Source: Callorhinchus milii
Lineage: Eukaryota
Direction: 5' to 3'
Assembly: GCF_018977255.1 (NCBI RefSeq)
Contig: NW_024704743.1
Span: forward strand, 82,772,001 to 82,836,000
DNA: 64,000 nucleotides
Position numbers and translations under genes: made by a program. Shown here piece after piece: positions 37,987-53,225 of the stretch. The notes below the pieces were generated by a model. It was given only the letters and a program-made list of their open reading frames with translations, ran no database searches and had not been told where the DNA came from. Position 1 is the stretch's first letter. Each line of letters starts with the position of its first letter.

Positions 37987-40900
37987 GTGTGGTTAATCGA
38001 TCAGTCCATAAACATTTTCCAATTTCCATTGTGTTGAGCTTAATTTCTCCTCTTTTCCCCCTCCTCCTTATTATAGTAGAGTTGCTTATTCTACTATAAT
38101 AATAATAATCCTTGCCTTTGATATAGTGCTTTATCATGGTATCAAGCGCTTTACAGGATATATTGTAAAGTGGTGATACTGTGTGTATTTTGGAGGCTAT
38201 GGTGCAAAACGGATGAAATGCAACATAATGAAAATAAATATGGATTTGTTTCCCTTAACAGTAGAGATTATTTCAGACACAGTACTCATTTTTTTATTCT
38301 TTGTAATTTTTAAAATGTTATTAATTGGTATTTACAAATAGAATTAAATAATTATGAAACTACCCATAGCTTATTAATTATTCCTAAACTGGTGGGTTTT
38401 GTAATATAGAAATGGACTTGTACCCTGGCAGAGAGGCACATAGAAGCTTTCACTCCATGCTGTGCAACATAGCTTTAGCTTTTAGCCATTGTCCCAAGTT
38501 CCCGAACTTAGGCTTATAACTGTGAGCCAAATGGAGTCCTGAGGGAGAGAAACAGATTTATTTCCAGGCCCTGCTTGTGTGCTTCCCAATAGGATAAAGT
38601 ACTATTAGGAAAGGCTGGGAACAGATCATCTGGTTTGTTACCCAGCTACTTGTGGGGTATAATTTGGGAGGAGGAAAGTTAGAGGATAAATGTCCTTTTT
38701 TAAGAAAAAATAGATTGGAGTACATATTTTTAATCTATTGCCTACTGCAGTACATTCTGTAGATACAACCTCTCGTTCATTCAGTCACTGTGGGATGAGT
38801 GTCAGCATTTTATTTTAGCAAACCTTGTTGAAAGTGCTGAATCTTTTGACAGGCTCTGCAAGTTAGTCTGTGTAAACGTCCGTGCCTCTTGACATTTGAC
38901 AGTCATTCTGCTTCACCTGATTATTATTGGCCAAGTTAATCTGGAAGAACATGGCAATGCCCATTTTATTTCAGAATGTGAATGAATTGGTTATTCTAAT
39001 GTTCTATATGTGTCACATTGGTAAAGTAAAAATCAATGAGATTTTGATTTTATTATTTAAAAATTCCTTTTTTTTGTACCCTAGGATTTTTACCAGGCCT
39101 TTAAAGCAAACTGTATGTCATATTTTGAATTTTGTTGCACTTAAATGAGCAGAGTGAACAATGATTTCAGCACAATGCTAAGATTTATTTTATTTGAAAG
39201 ACGAACCGTTAGCTATTTTTTTGCAGACCTCACCAGATGGACAGTCCCAAGCCATTCATATGAACAGAATTTTTCTTTCACCTGGTAGCAAGGGGGAGAG
39301 AGGAGGAAATGGCCTGTGTGAGCTTTATTAGTGCCCAGAGAGTAGAAAAAACACAAATAATGTGCAGGTAAAGTCAGAATGAGGTAACAGAAGGGAGAGA
39401 GGAATGTGTTCATGGTTCTGACTAAGAGCAATACTTCGATCCACAACTACATCTTTATTAGATGGAAGATTATTAATTGACAATGTCAGTTCTTTTATTT
39501 GTTTCATGTAAAACTGTGAACATTTTGGTTAACGAGTTGAGACTTTTTTTAAAAAAAACTTAAGGAGCAACAGCAGGAAAGGTGACAGAATTTTTATCAA
39601 AAGGTTAACACAATACATTTCTATTGTAGGGGTAAATCTTGCATTCATACAGTGAAAGCTTACATTAACTTAAGGTATCAGATGTTTTTGTTATTTAAAA
39701 AAAAAGGCAATTGCATCAAAAATAAGCCTGGCTACAGATAGCTGCCTTTCTGAAACTAAATTGAAGACTGCAATCTGTTGTAAATAAATATTCTGGTTTA
39801 TGTTGATGATATTCTTAGTAAATAAAGACTTCAACTATTTTAACAGCATTTTCCAGGCTGAAGAGAAGAGCCTCTTATGAGAGTTGCAGTTTGCCCAAAC
39901 TGGACCATGGATTAACTTTCTTTTTCCAATGTTCCATGCATTGCACTGTTTTTCCAACTGGAATAAATCAAGGACACTTCACAGGTGAGGGTGAGTTACT
40001 GGTCTTCGTGTTATAAGAGTGAAATGCCAATAACTCACGAGTGCCACAATTATAGCAATCTTTCTTACAAGCAAAGTAATACCAGGAAAGAGCCAAAGAC
40101 CCATAATTGGTGCTCACAAGTTGTGTGAGTGAAAAAACACCTGGAGTTTCCTGACCGCCAATGAGGTATTCATGTTATATAACATTTCTTTACTTTTGTT
40201 TGCAATTAAGTTCTGACAGTGAATGCATACAAAGAACAGCAAACCCGTCATCCCTGATCTCAAGTATCATAAGTGGATGTTCTTACTAGCAAAAATGAAA
40301 CAATAAACAACTATAACTTGGTTGATTGAATCCAATAACAGAGGTACATTGTCTCTTTGACGACTGTTCCAGCTCAGAACATGGCTCATATCATACAATG
40401 GAAAAAAGTGTTACTTGGTCACTTTGGGTATTAACCAATGTAATCCTATTAGGCTTTTACTGTTTATTGTATTGGAAAGGAACAATGTGTAGCAGTCTTT
40501 AAATTAATTCTGAAATTCTGCATCAAACTCAAAGGACGAGTGTCGCATTTTTCTTTGCACATCCACAGTTTGTACATCAGAGGGCACTAGAACATGGATT
40601 TTGTGCTTTATTCGTTTTCCCTTTCTGTTGTTACCTTAGCTTATGTCTTTATACCCTTTCTAGCTTCTCTTCGGCAGTCTTCTCTTGATCCCAACATTGC
40701 ATAGGATGGGGGAAAGAAAACCAATTTTAAAAAAATGAAAATATAAAGAGGGGAGGAGACATGAGAAGTAGAAAGAAACCATGTTAAGAGATAAAACTGA
40801 AAAGGAAACTCTTAATTAAATGAATACTTCAGGCAAATAGAATTGGAACAGGCAAAAGATAAAAGATTGAGAAATATAAAGCTAAAAAGCAATTAAAGAA

Positions 40901-43900
40901 AACCAAAGAGGGAAATTAAATACAAATTATACATTTGGATGTGAGAAGACATGACAAAACATGAAACAAAAAATCATGCTATCAAATGATCTGTGATGTA
41001 AAGTGATAAGAAGATAGTCTCTTTGCAGAGTATTTGTGAAAAAATATTTTAAGAAATGTACTTTTTTGATATGGTTATTTTATAAATTCACAATTTACAG
41101 ATCCAAATGATCTGTACTATAAACCAGATGTACAGTGTATTTGTGATGATACCCAATTAAATTGTGTCATTTTGTTTTGCTTCATTTCTGTGTAAGCCAC
41201 TACATTTTCAAAGCTATTTCAGTTAAAAACAAAAAATAAAAACACACTCATGGAAGACTATTTGCAATTTATAATAGAAACAAATGCTTTCTCCTTTTTC
41301 TTCAGTGATGTGAATCTAATTATTACTCCTCTGAGTAGTAACTTGTTTGGTGCAATAGGAACCCAAAAATATTTGCATTGTTCTGCAATGCTTTTTTTGT
41401 TCAAAGCATTGTACATATTTGCAAATGGTTAAATATAATGCAGTAACAAAAATTGCCAGCAGTTCTCACTGCCGTATTGCTTCTCAAGCTTTTCATGCTT
41501 ATTGTATTTCTGATGTGGTATTTGAATTTCACCTGATTGGTATCTGAATTTATTTTTAATAATTTTGTACTGATTGATTGGATCTAGGTGCATTTTATGC
41601 ATGAATACTGCAAAGGCATTTCCTTAAGTTTTGTACATAAGTTAATTTGCCTATGAAAGAACAACACCATACATTTATATAGCCCATTTTACATAAACAA
41701 AAGTCCAACAGAACGAGAATAAATTGAAATTATGTGTATATTGGTTTTGCAGGCAAATATAACAGCTAGTTTACACAGTGTTCCACTATTCCACTATTAA
41801 CGTCAACGGGATGATTTTTTATTTTGGTGGGGGGGTGGCATTTGGACAGATATTAACCAGGATGTTATTGATGGATACCAAGGGAAGCTGTGAATATATT
41901 TTTGTTGATTAATTAGAATCTTATCTGTGTTTTACTATAGTTAATCAGAACTTGTATTTCCTGAGATTTTTACAAGATTGTGAATAAGGAGAAAATAAGC
42001 AATGGGTGTTGGAATGAGGGCCTTGTTTTAGGGTAAAGCAGAGACTAATGGCCTGAACAGATTTGGGACACTGTGGCTGGGGAGAATTATCAGTACCCAT
42101 TGGAATGTTTTATTCTTTAGATTCAAATGGAAATGCTTGTTGAAATATTGCCTTGTTTGTTTATATTCCAAGTAATCCCATTCTCTTTCACCCACTACCG
42201 CTCCCCCCCCCACCTCCACCCCGCACACAACAGAAACAGACAAACTTGACATTTCGCAGTGTTGACCTTTTTACTCTAAAGGATTTTATTTTACTGGATA
42301 TGGTAACAGTTTACTGGGTGGTGTTTATAAGGGTTGACCACCAAAGTGAAGAGTTGAAGTTGTAACTGCAGAAACATCAAGTGATTGAACAGCTCAACTG
42401 GTGTTATACTTGGCTTTTGAACAGGAGGTCGAGAAGGCTAGCTGTCACTCAAACTTGCTTTCCCTCAGCTGTTTGAATGGGTGAGATTCACCAGTTTGCT
42501 GCTTCGTAGATCCTGAACCAAAGAGTGTGCCATAGAGAGTGGATATAGGTGGTTGCAGACTATTTCCACTTGATACTTCCTGTTGCTCAGTTCCTCTACG
42601 TCTCTGTGGGTCACAATGACATGCGTTGGAGGCAGGACTGCCTGCTTTCCTGCAGTGTCCCTTCCAGTTGACATTCTTTATAATCTACCATTTGTGACGC
42701 AAGTGGCAAAAACATCTAACATCAGATGTGGACCACAGAATGATTTTTGTTGAATAAAAGGTTCCTCAGAACAAAAGCTGGTGCAGCAATGAAGCACCTT
42801 TGTACCTCAGCTTCCACATATTATGTTTCAGCACTGGACTTATTATTATAACTTCTTTATATTTTCAATTATTTCAGTGATCCGTACTTGCTCATTTCCG
42901 CCCCTTTTCTGTTCTTCCATTTGCTTCACCAAAATGAGTTTTACAAATGCCATTCCAATCCAGTTGTATACTTGATTCAGATCTTTTACGCACTGTAAAA
43001 ACCTGTGTGATCTGCAATCTGTAATTTTTTTAAATTTTGTTTTTGCATGACTGTGAGAAGATGTTAAAATAATACAAATTGACACCAGACCCTTATTTTC
43101 AAACAGATCATGTTATGAGATTCATTAATATAGTAAATCCAGTGTGGAAACTCCCCCATCCTCCCCTCACCACACACACACAAATCCGCAATGTGTTTTG
43201 TCTGTGTGTTTGTGTAAATATATATTATATACATAAAATGAAAAATTGGTATTTTAGCAATTGTTTGTCTTTAGGTCTTTTATTGTGCCCTATTTCTGCG
43301 CTGTGACCTCTATTTTGTGTTTAGTTAATGCAGACTATAGGATCAATCTTACGTGATTTTTAAAGCTTAAATGTTAATAGGTCTGTCCCTCCTGGCAGTA
43401 CTTTTAACTAGGACATACAAGTGCTGCTTTTTGAGTCTAAAACCTTGGGGATGTCTGGATGATCCCTATAGGTACCTGGTTGTGCACGGAGTATCTCGCT
43501 CATGGCAGGAATAGTGCCAGGAGGACAATTAGGGAGAGAACAAGGAATACACAATAATGAGTCCCTGTAGCACCTTAATGAACAGCAGTAAGACTGAGCA
43601 AGAAAATTAGAACAGGTAACAATAGCCACTGAACAGATATTCTCTTGAAGACTAACAGCAGATTATTTGTATGATTTTAATTTTAATATGATAAGTAGTT
43701 TGATTCTAATCCTCTGCCAAATTGATTGCAAGCAATTTGTTACCATTGTGCTTTTTTAAATATATACCCCCAAAAATTGATGATGTAGTCAAATGTTTTC
43801 TTTTGCCAAAGAGACATTTAAAACCGTAATGTTACTTGTGATAATGTCTGTGATTTTATTCAAACGCTCGCCTGTGCTGTTCAATTAGAAAATGTGTTCA

Positions 43901-46900
43901 GCTGAGTGCTAGGAGTTTTGTTATAGCCAAATAGGCTTGAAGTCTTTTAGGTGAATTGTTTTAGTATACAGCAGTCAGATATGGCAAAGTCTTGACAAGT
44001 GTATTGGAGGCTGCAATTCTGAGTGCTGGTGGTTTAGTCTTTATGCTTTTTGCCTAGGGAGGTTTTGTAAAAATAGCTGAAACCACCACACACAGTAACT
44101 GCTTTCAGTTTACATTTTTTTTTGGTCACATTCGCATGAATAAAGCATGTTTTTTTTCTCGAGCCAAGAAGAATATAATAATCTATTTAGAAATGATTAG
44201 CAAATTATCTTCCCCAAATCTTTCAGATCAACCTAAAACTATTTAAAATGTTACCTATTTTTGACGGATTAAGTGAAGTGGTGCACGTTGAAGGATATTT
44301 TGCATGATGTGGACAACAAGGATTAAGGTGATATCTGCCATGCTATCAACATTAATTATGTCTAAAATATTTCAACTGCAAATATTTTTGTTTAAGGTGA
44401 GCTATCATTGCATGCTCTGCATGCATTGTCTAATATCCTGCACTGGATGCAAGAGGGACAAATTTTAATGAGTGGTTTTTGATTCCACAGCATCTATGTT
44501 ATCAGCTAAAGCATTTCAGACAGGGGTGACAGAAGACATGTTTGATGGTTGTTTGCAGACTAAATCGACAAAACAGTGGTGGATCTTTAATGATTACAAT
44601 TCTTGATAGGTTTCATAAGAGTGCACATAATTTGTGACAACTCCAATAAAAAGAAATGGCAGCAAAACTTTCTGAGTTAGCGGCAAAGCAAATAGGGCAG
44701 GTTTTGCATTTTGAACACAAATTTTATGAACTGTGATTGAATTTGTCGTGAAAGTGTGTCAGAATTAATAATGTATTTACGCACAAGGTTGCTGGGCTTT
44801 GCAGCGTGCTTAGGACTGAGGACTGGATAACATGAAAAGTCAGTCCGCAAATTTTGTACGCGACCTTAGAGGACAAATTTACTCGCATGAATTTTAGACT
44901 CTGGTGCTATTCTTGATACTCAACCATTTTTGTCAAAATACCAGTGTGAAACAATGATGCTTTGAGGACATAATTAAAGATATCGTTCAAAGAACAACTT
45001 TTTGCATATTTGAATTATTACTGTCGTCAAAAGCATACAAATATGGAAATATGATTGCCAGAAGCACATAAATCAATGATCAGCATGGCCCTGAAATCCA
45101 ATAAATATGTAGTTAAATACTTTAAAATGCAAATAGCACCTCATAATTTACATATCGCAGAATTTTAAGGCAATTCTCCTTGTCTTACAACCTCCAAGGT
45201 AATAGTAAATGTTGTGGGTAAACATAGATTTTTATTCATCACTAACCAAGTCGTGGATTTGATAAATGATAGGAGACTGTTTTCCTGGGTAAAAATGACT
45301 GCACTCTTTACTGAATTCTGAAACTGCCTCGAAGTCATCTGAATAATTAAGAGTTAATTATTCTTCATCCATCTAAATCACAAAAGGACAGATTTAGGGA
45401 AGGAATTTATAATTTTTGCCTAGCATCCTGTCAGAATGTAATATGATAAACTAAACTGACTCCGAATAATACCTAGTGACCTTATAGTAAATCTGCCTCT
45501 TAATATATTTTTGTTGCCTTTCTGAAAATTCCTCGTGTCCATTCTAGAAATTTGATTTCAACAGATTTGTATGTTTGAAGACGTTTGTCAAAATATTTCA
45601 TGTTTCATGATTTTTAATTTGAAAATTTTTACCTTAAAACACTCCCAACATATTACATACAGATAGGAGAAATCACAAGTTACTGTACCACAATTGAATA
45701 TATTTGGATAGTTGAAACAAAATGTTAAACTACAGATAAAGGAATTAACTAGCCATGGGCATTTTATGTTTGGTGTGTGTGTGTGTTTTAACAAAAAGGC
45801 AAGATTGTGATTGAAGGTATGCATTGTAAAATACCGATAATGGTGAATGTAACTTAATTCTCTGCAAAAATAGTACAGTATTTCCTTTTGAATCATTGTG
45901 ACCTAGGTTTTAACAATTTTTTTCAAAAAAATGCATTGGAATATAATTTTGTAGCTGGAATCATTTTGTTCCATTTGTTTTTTATATAGTGGTGACCATG
46001 GTAATAATGCTCTGTTTCTTTTGAAGCTTCATGTGAAGGAGTGGAATTTAAGGGAGACCCTGTATCAAAATTCTTGTAACATTTCTGATTTGATATTATT
46101 TTGTCGTTGTTTAATACTTATGATTTTCCTCGCCTTGCAGAGGACAAGGAGTTAAAAACTTACCATTTGTATTCCACAATTAAGTGCACTTGCATCTGAA
46201 GGAAATCTATTGGAATCAATCACACTCTAGGAATTTATTTGTGTAATTGCACAACTTTAAAAATATATATAGTAATCTGCTTGAACTGTGGCCTTTATAA
46301 ATGTTTTCTGTTGAGAGAGAATTCGAACGAGAGACGGTCATCAGGAAAAAAAAATCAATGTACATGATGTTTCTCATGTAGTACAGCAGGGTTACATTGT
46401 TAGGTTAAACACAGGCTATAGAGCTAGATGGTATTCTGTAAAATCAATTTGTTGTAAAGTCTACAGCATCCACTTTATCCTCAAAGAGTCATTTTACATA
46501 CTGCTCACATTATTGACTACTGCATTAGCTCTTTCAATTTGTAATGAATAGTAGAAAACCTGTGTGTATAGTAACCTGATTCACTTGAAAGTAGTGCAGC
46601 AAAATAATTTAATTTGCAAAGAAATTCTGATCGTCCAGTTCGGAGTGTTACATTAATTCCTTATTTTTGAAGCTGATGTATATCCGGCTCTTTTGTTGTG
46701 TGTTTCCCCCAAGATATATTAGTAACACTGTTGTACCTTAGCTACTTAATTCAAAGAAATTAATACATTCACCCTTTTTTTAACAGTTACTGCTCAATCT
46801 ATATTCTTATAAGACAACAATGCTGGGAGGTAGTAGCACAAGAAACAGATACTTTGATTTTGTTCCAGGCTAAAGATTTTAGCTTTTTATTTTTTTATAA

Positions 46901-49900
46901 AAAGAGGCTGCTATTTAACGTAATGTTATTTTTCAAATTAGTCTAAACGATTCCTGAAAATAAAAACCTTGTATTTTAAACACATTATTTATGTCAACGA
47001 ATGCTAGAATCATGATCACAGTTTACAATACGTACTTCTGAATTCTTGGCACCATGGAAATGAAAATACATTACAAAGGCTTTCAGAGTTTTTTTTAAAA
47101 AAACAAGGTGCAAGACCCAGTACAGTTGCTTATCAACCTGAATTTAGAAAAATGCTTTTAATAAAGAATCCTAATACCTGTTTGTAAAATGTTGTGACTG
47201 TCTTTGATGAAATGGTTAAATTGCGGAGACAATCTTTTGCTTTCCTCATGCTTTTCACTGCACACATCTTGACTGACTCTGACTTTTCTTTTTATTTCTG
47301 TCAAACCAATTATAGTGGATTATAGCATTCTTTGACCCTACTTGTTTATTTGTAGAATGCGCTTTTGCAGTCCAGGGTGTAAACATAAGCATGTTTGTTT
47401 TGTTATGTAGTTGTTTTAAAGCCATACAGGCTACAGTACCACAAAGTATGTATTCATCAGAAGCAGTAACAGACAATGTTGCTGAACAGTGAACAATGTT
47501 AATAACAACGTGCTTCTTCAATGTCTAAGGGAGTGGGGGAATCTTGCTTTGCTAACATAGTTATTCCAAATTATTAGCGTATCACAAAACATTTAGTGGA
47601 AAGAAATCCACTAATCACCTAGTCTGTCTCTAGTGAAATATAAATTGCTAACTGATTACTTTTTGAGAAATTACTGATGTGCAGAAAATTATTTTGTAGA
47701 GTTAAAGTTTAACTGCAGCTTTATGCATTTGATATTGTGCCTTTCCGCAGTTAGATTGTATTGTGATGATATGGCTGACTATGGCTAATATTTTAAAGTC
47801 TAAACCTAATTATAAATTGGGAAATGTACCAGTGTGCGAAACATACTAGGAAGGGCAGCTACTTACAAGGGTAGATTTTACCTGGAAGGGTAGTTGAGGC
47901 CAAGGCACTTGACTTATTTAAAAAAAAACAGCTTGATGCTCTTATGGGAGGAGAGTTGGGTTGTATTCTGGGGAGATCAAATGGGCCCACTGGCCTTCTT
48001 CGACCAAACATCTTATTGTGATAAGAGTATCCAGAAGCTGTATGAACTAAATTCTCGCTGAGAAGATTATGTTTGCCTTTGAGAAGTAAAGATTTGTTTG
48101 ATTAAGTAATTTAAATTGTTTTAAGCTGTTCTGGCAACTTGAAGGCTTGTTTCACTGTCTATCTGTCACTCGGTTAGTAACGTGGAAAGTGTCTGATTGC
48201 CACTCTGTCAGTCAATGGAAATGCAAACTGTCTACCTAATGGATTTCTTTACATCTTTGTCTGTGTGGAGGTAGAAGTGAAATCAATGTGTTGTCATGTG
48301 TGGTTCTGCTGTGCTTAGCATCAGTAGAGGTGGAAATGTAATGCTATAATTTTTTACATTTGCATATAGTGACAGAGGAAGGAAGAGATGTTACCTATTG
48401 TCTCCAAACAAACACGATACCAATACGATTACAGTGTAAAGCCTTGGATTTCTGAGAAATAGGAAGATTTTTGGCTACAATGTAATTAAAAGAAATGAGT
48501 TCACAAAATACCACACCTTGTTACAATACTAAGAGGGTTACATTTACATTTTGAAAGTCTTGAAAGCTTACAGAAAAGAAATAGTAAGTATTCTCTTAAC
48601 CTTTCGTTCAAATAGGTTTTTTTCTGGTAAAAGACCTTTGCACTCTTCTGTTATGAATTGTGGAGGTGTCTAGATTTTATGAAAGGTCATGTTGGTTCTT
48701 GCTCCAGTATATATTTATATATATTTGCTCAATGTATATTTCCTTATTTTTGTTTTTGTTTTCCTTTGTGTAACGTAAAGATTTTTCAGGAGAGATCGAT
48801 GGAAATTCAAGTTGGTCCATTCTCTAATAATAATCCTAATAATCCTTGCAATATGAATAATACTGCTGGGTGTATTGTATTTTTAAGCTATGAATACTTA
48901 AATCACCTTTTTGAATAAAACCAAGATGTTAAAGCTGCATGGATCCTGCTTTTCCAACATAATTTACAAAACCATCCTGAGAATGTTAAGAAATGGAGGC
49001 ACTTAACAATAATATCAGCAGCACTAAACTGAAAGCAGTCACTTTTATTTAAAAATTTATATCAGCAAACTTTCGAATGTCTATAGATGTACATATGTTT
49101 AAATTGTTCTAAGTGAAAACAAAAAAAATCCCTGCCTTAGACGAAACAGATTCCTTTTATAGCTAAAAAGTTTTCATCTATTTTGTTTCCAATTTTTCCT
49201 CCCGTATGTTTCTCGATTTTTCTCAAGTTTCCAACACTAGAAATAAGAAAATGATACCCTCAGTTAAAATTAAAGTATAGCTGTTGCACATGGCCTGTTT
49301 AGACCATCTACAATCACCTGGTTCTGGTCAAGAAAGTCTGTGTAATACATGTATTTGTTTCTGTGACATGTGATTTCTACTATCTTAACAGGGCACTTCC
49401 TCTGTGCTGAAGGAGTTGTCTATTTCTGAGCTAAGCCAGATCTTGGGAAAAAGAAATCAAATTATTTCATCATGTTAAAAATGAAAAGCTGTAATTACTT
49501 ATAATTAAGCTTTAGTTTCTTCTCTTTCGTACCCTCCCCTCCCCCACCCCATTGAAATTAAGGAATTCTTTTCCAAAGGTTGGACTTGGCCTACATCATG
49601 AAAAATGGGAAATAATTCTCCTTTGGTTAAAATTGATTTAATTTGTAGTGCTGACAACAGCTTTACTGTGTTTTGTATTTGAAAAGGGAGATGGAATAAT
49701 AGAAACATGTTTCAGACTGCAATATTCACTTTCACACACAGTTTATATATGACATTGCTTAATGTATCCAGGGAAATGGTGTATTAAAATATTATAAATG
49801 CTTAATGTGGAATGCACCAAAACAAAATCTGTGCTCAGACATTAATGAATGTTAACTGCAATTCATCTCAAATTTAATTTCACAAAAAAGTTTTTTGAAA

Positions 49901-51609
49901 GTACAAGTCACAGTATTGTATATAGCAGGTTGCATGAGCAGCCTTGTTCAGGGAACACAGGGGACAATAATAATAACATAATCCTTATGTATGATGTAGC
50001 GCTCTTCACATTGGGAGGAGTCTCAAAGGGCTTCACAGGTTATACTGTAATGTGTAAGTAACTACGTATTTTGTTGGCAAAACCAGCAACCAGTTTGGGC
50101 ACAGCAATGTCTGACACGACTCAAAGTTAACGTGATTGAAAGAAAAAAGACCGAGCTTGCCTATCCAGCACACTGCAGTAAACAAGATTTAGCTGTGAAT
50201 TGATTTTTAATGGGAAAATTGTCACTTGGATTAAAACGAAAGATGACGCTAAACATTTTGGTTGGGTGCTGGTTTACCTGTGCTCCAGAATCGACTTGAG
50301 AGAAATTAGTTCTAAGCTGGTGTGAGGTCCTAATCACTGGGAAATGAGGCCATCCAAATTGCAGCTTGCCCTGGGCCAGATCTTGTCATGGGTGTGCTGC
50401 AGTCATGTTCTCAGGCAGGACCTGCTTCTGAAACTGTCACAGTAGCTTTTTTTTTGGCAGCATCTCTACTTAATGATAACCTTGCAAAGCCTTGTGGAGA
50501 GATTTTATACAGGCTTGATGAGCATTTTTATAACTAAGGGGCAGCAATGTGTAGTGTTAAACTTAATGTTCCTTAAGTCTTTTATGAATTTGGCTACACA
50601 CTACTTTACAGGATGGATTGCCATGAGAGATTTCTGAGTTACAAAGCTAAAATCCCTATATAGAAACTGTATATGTGTGCATTTTGTGTGTGTGTGTGTA
50701 TACGTGTCTCTATGGTGTAATAATATGCAAGACAGCTCAGACATGCACATCCACTGTAATTGTTATGTTGTTGGTAGTTGTTTCTTGTTGGTTTAACTGT
50801 TGCAGGCTTTGTATGTTTACTACTCATAGAAATTGCATCTTTAAGAATGGCACTCAATTTTTTTGTATTATTTTGCACATTTGTCTCTACTTCAACTTTG
50901 TTACTGGCTAATCTGACCACTATTTGCGTTCAGGAATTTTTAATTTGCAGCATAGAAATTCCTGCCGACTGGGAATTTAGTGAGGAATTGAATGCATGGT
51001 TGAGTTTTACTTTGTGTAAAATTGCCTTTTTTGGTGAAGAGCATATAATTGCTTTAAACAATTGATTTACAAAACCATTTTGTTTTATTCCAGTGTTGTT
51101 TTCATTTCCCCAGTAATATGAAGACTACCTGAGGTAGGGATAAAAAGGAGCAGAAATAATGAAAAATAATCATGTTTTCACAGGATTGATACCACAGTTG
51201 TTTTAAACCATTTTCTTGTGGTTTATTTTATTTGACAAAATACTCACTAAAATTATGTTTCTTTCCTTTAAGATGATATACAAATAGAATATGTCACAAC
51301 CAGCCAACTATCTTCACCATATGATGGTTTCTGTCTTAGACTGTGTTGCTTATCCTGGAGAAATATTTATTGCATGTGAAACCTGGTCATTACATAACTG
51401 AAATATTATTATACTGTGATGTTGATCTAAATATAAAAACCTAGAAGAGGCCACAGCAGCAAAATCCACTTAATAGAAATACTATTGAAATGATGTGCTA
51501 CTTAGTTTTAGTTTACACATGTGAAATGGAAATCTATTCAGATTGAAATTAAAATCAGCATCAAACTACTTTCTCCAGAAGTGTGATGGTCTTCTTGCCC
51601 AGTGGAAAG

Positions 51610-52140
51610 ATCATAATAGAGGTTCAGGTGACAAAGGGCATCGGTCATTTGATCTCAACCTTTCAGAATATTCATCCTACTGTTTTCCCATTTCACCATT
51701 AAGATGTTTCGTAAATTCCATTGTCCTGGCATTTACTACCCTTCTTGGTAAACCGTTCCAACTATTGATTATTTATGTGTAAAGAAATAGTTCCTGGTGT
51801 CTGTCCAACATTTCCCTTCACAGGCCTAAGCTTGGGCCCTTTTGACCCTGCCTTGACATATCTGACATTGTTATTCTGGGTTTATTTTCTCTCTCCCACT
51901 TAGCTTCTTATATACCTAACAAGGGTGCCTTTGATGTATTTTGTTTAAGAATGAAGAGCATCAGCTTATCTCCTTAGTTACTTCCTGGTAAATGTTTTCC
52001 TTGCTAACACTTGGGAGTATCTTTAGTGCTCTCCTCCACTCTCGCCTCTATGTCCAAGGCAGCCTCTTACGTCATAATGACCAGAATTGTTTGCAGTACA
52101 TGCTGCAAACTGAGCACAGTACACCTTGAGCATGGCTTAT
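51610..52140 (-). mobile_element. Old CR1 3' fragment
   Basis: tactacccttcttggtaaaccgttcca...tgtgtaaagaaatagttcctg; gaccagaattgtttgcagtac. Other degraded CR1 ends at about 1590-1745 (+), 13600-13752 (+), 34725-35000 (-), 47880-48020 (+), 57665-57910 (-), 59955-60065 (+). Confidence 0.65.
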
Positions 52141-52250
52141 AGTTCACACCTGTTTGCCTACTTTATTTTTTCCATCACTGTAAATTATTAAAAAAGTTAA
52201 TGAGGGTGTGGGAAGAGAAATTATTCAGCTAAACAAAAATATTTCCCGAC

Positions 52251-52458
52251 ATAATAATAAATAATCCTTGCATTTGGTACAGCGCCTTATCATGTCTTCG
52301 AGACATCTCAAAGTGCTTCGCAGGATATACTCTAACCGGGTTCCTACTTATTGCTTGTGGAGTGAGGAAACATGCCTTAGGTTTCGTTCTGCCCGGGAAA
52401 CGAACCCAGGTCCTCTCGCTTGCTAGGCGAATGCTCTAACCACAACGGTACAGGACTT
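52251..52458 (-). mobile_element. SINE with large internal deletion
   Basis: Tail joined directly to ccgggttcctactta; head ends ggtacaggactt. Confidence 0.85.
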
Positions 52459-52622
52459 TATGAGTCCTGTGCATATCCATGTTTAATGTTGAACTATAGT
52501 ATCATGGCAGGTATACTCGTATTTTGCTGGGGAAGAAAAATAGAGGATTTGCTACAGCCGCCCATGAGAAAGTGATAAATATCTCCAAACGTGAAGCCAA
52601 CCACGTACTTCAGGAGTGATGT

Positions 52623-53225
52623 ACAACAACAACAAGATTACATTTGTATAGCACCTTTCACGTCGGGAGGACGTCCGAAAGAGCTGGACAGTGTACAGCA
52701 TTTCAGACCCGAGCTGGGGTCAGTGGGGGAGAAGGGAGGGGAGGGAAGGGGGTTGACTGATGGCATGGTCGAAGAGGAGGGTCATGAGGCAGGACTTGGA
52801 GGCTAAGGAAGGGACGAGGCGGAGTGATTGGGATTTTACGGAGGTGAGGGAAGGCAGAGCGGGTCATGGCTTGGATGTGGGGAAGAAAAGACAGTTGAGG
52901 GTCGAACAAGACGCCTACGTTCCTGACTGGCGGTGAGTTGAAGTGTACAACCATGGAGGTTGATGTTGCCAGAGCCTGAGGTGCAGAGGCGCTGGCGCGA
53001 GCCAATCAGGAGGGCCTCAGTCTTGTTCATATTCAACTGTAGGAAATTTGCTCTCATCCAGGACTTGATGTCCGACAGTCAGTCTGTCAGGACAGCAGTG
53101 GTCCTGGAGTTGAGGGTGGAGGCAGAAAGATGGAGTTGGGTGTCATATGGAAGTTGACCCCATGTCTGCGGATGATGCCACCAAGGGGGAGCATGTAGAT
53201 ATTAAAAAGGAGAGGGCCAAGGACA
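52623..53225 (-). mobile_element. L2 LINE fragment with internal deletions
   Basis: (caa)n tail at 52623. Minus-strand peptides [18 protein letters not shown] and VRNVGVLFDPQLSFLPHI match the 58-kb L2. Jumps from RT C-terminal region to 3' end at about 52828; YADD partly deleted. Confidence 0.9.

Noticed and set aside
46161..46192. Possible 32-bp minus-strand micro-exon (ttccttcag|...|gtaagt)
   Set aside because: No recognisable peptide, antisense to ZNF407, and such splice-like pairs arise by chance.
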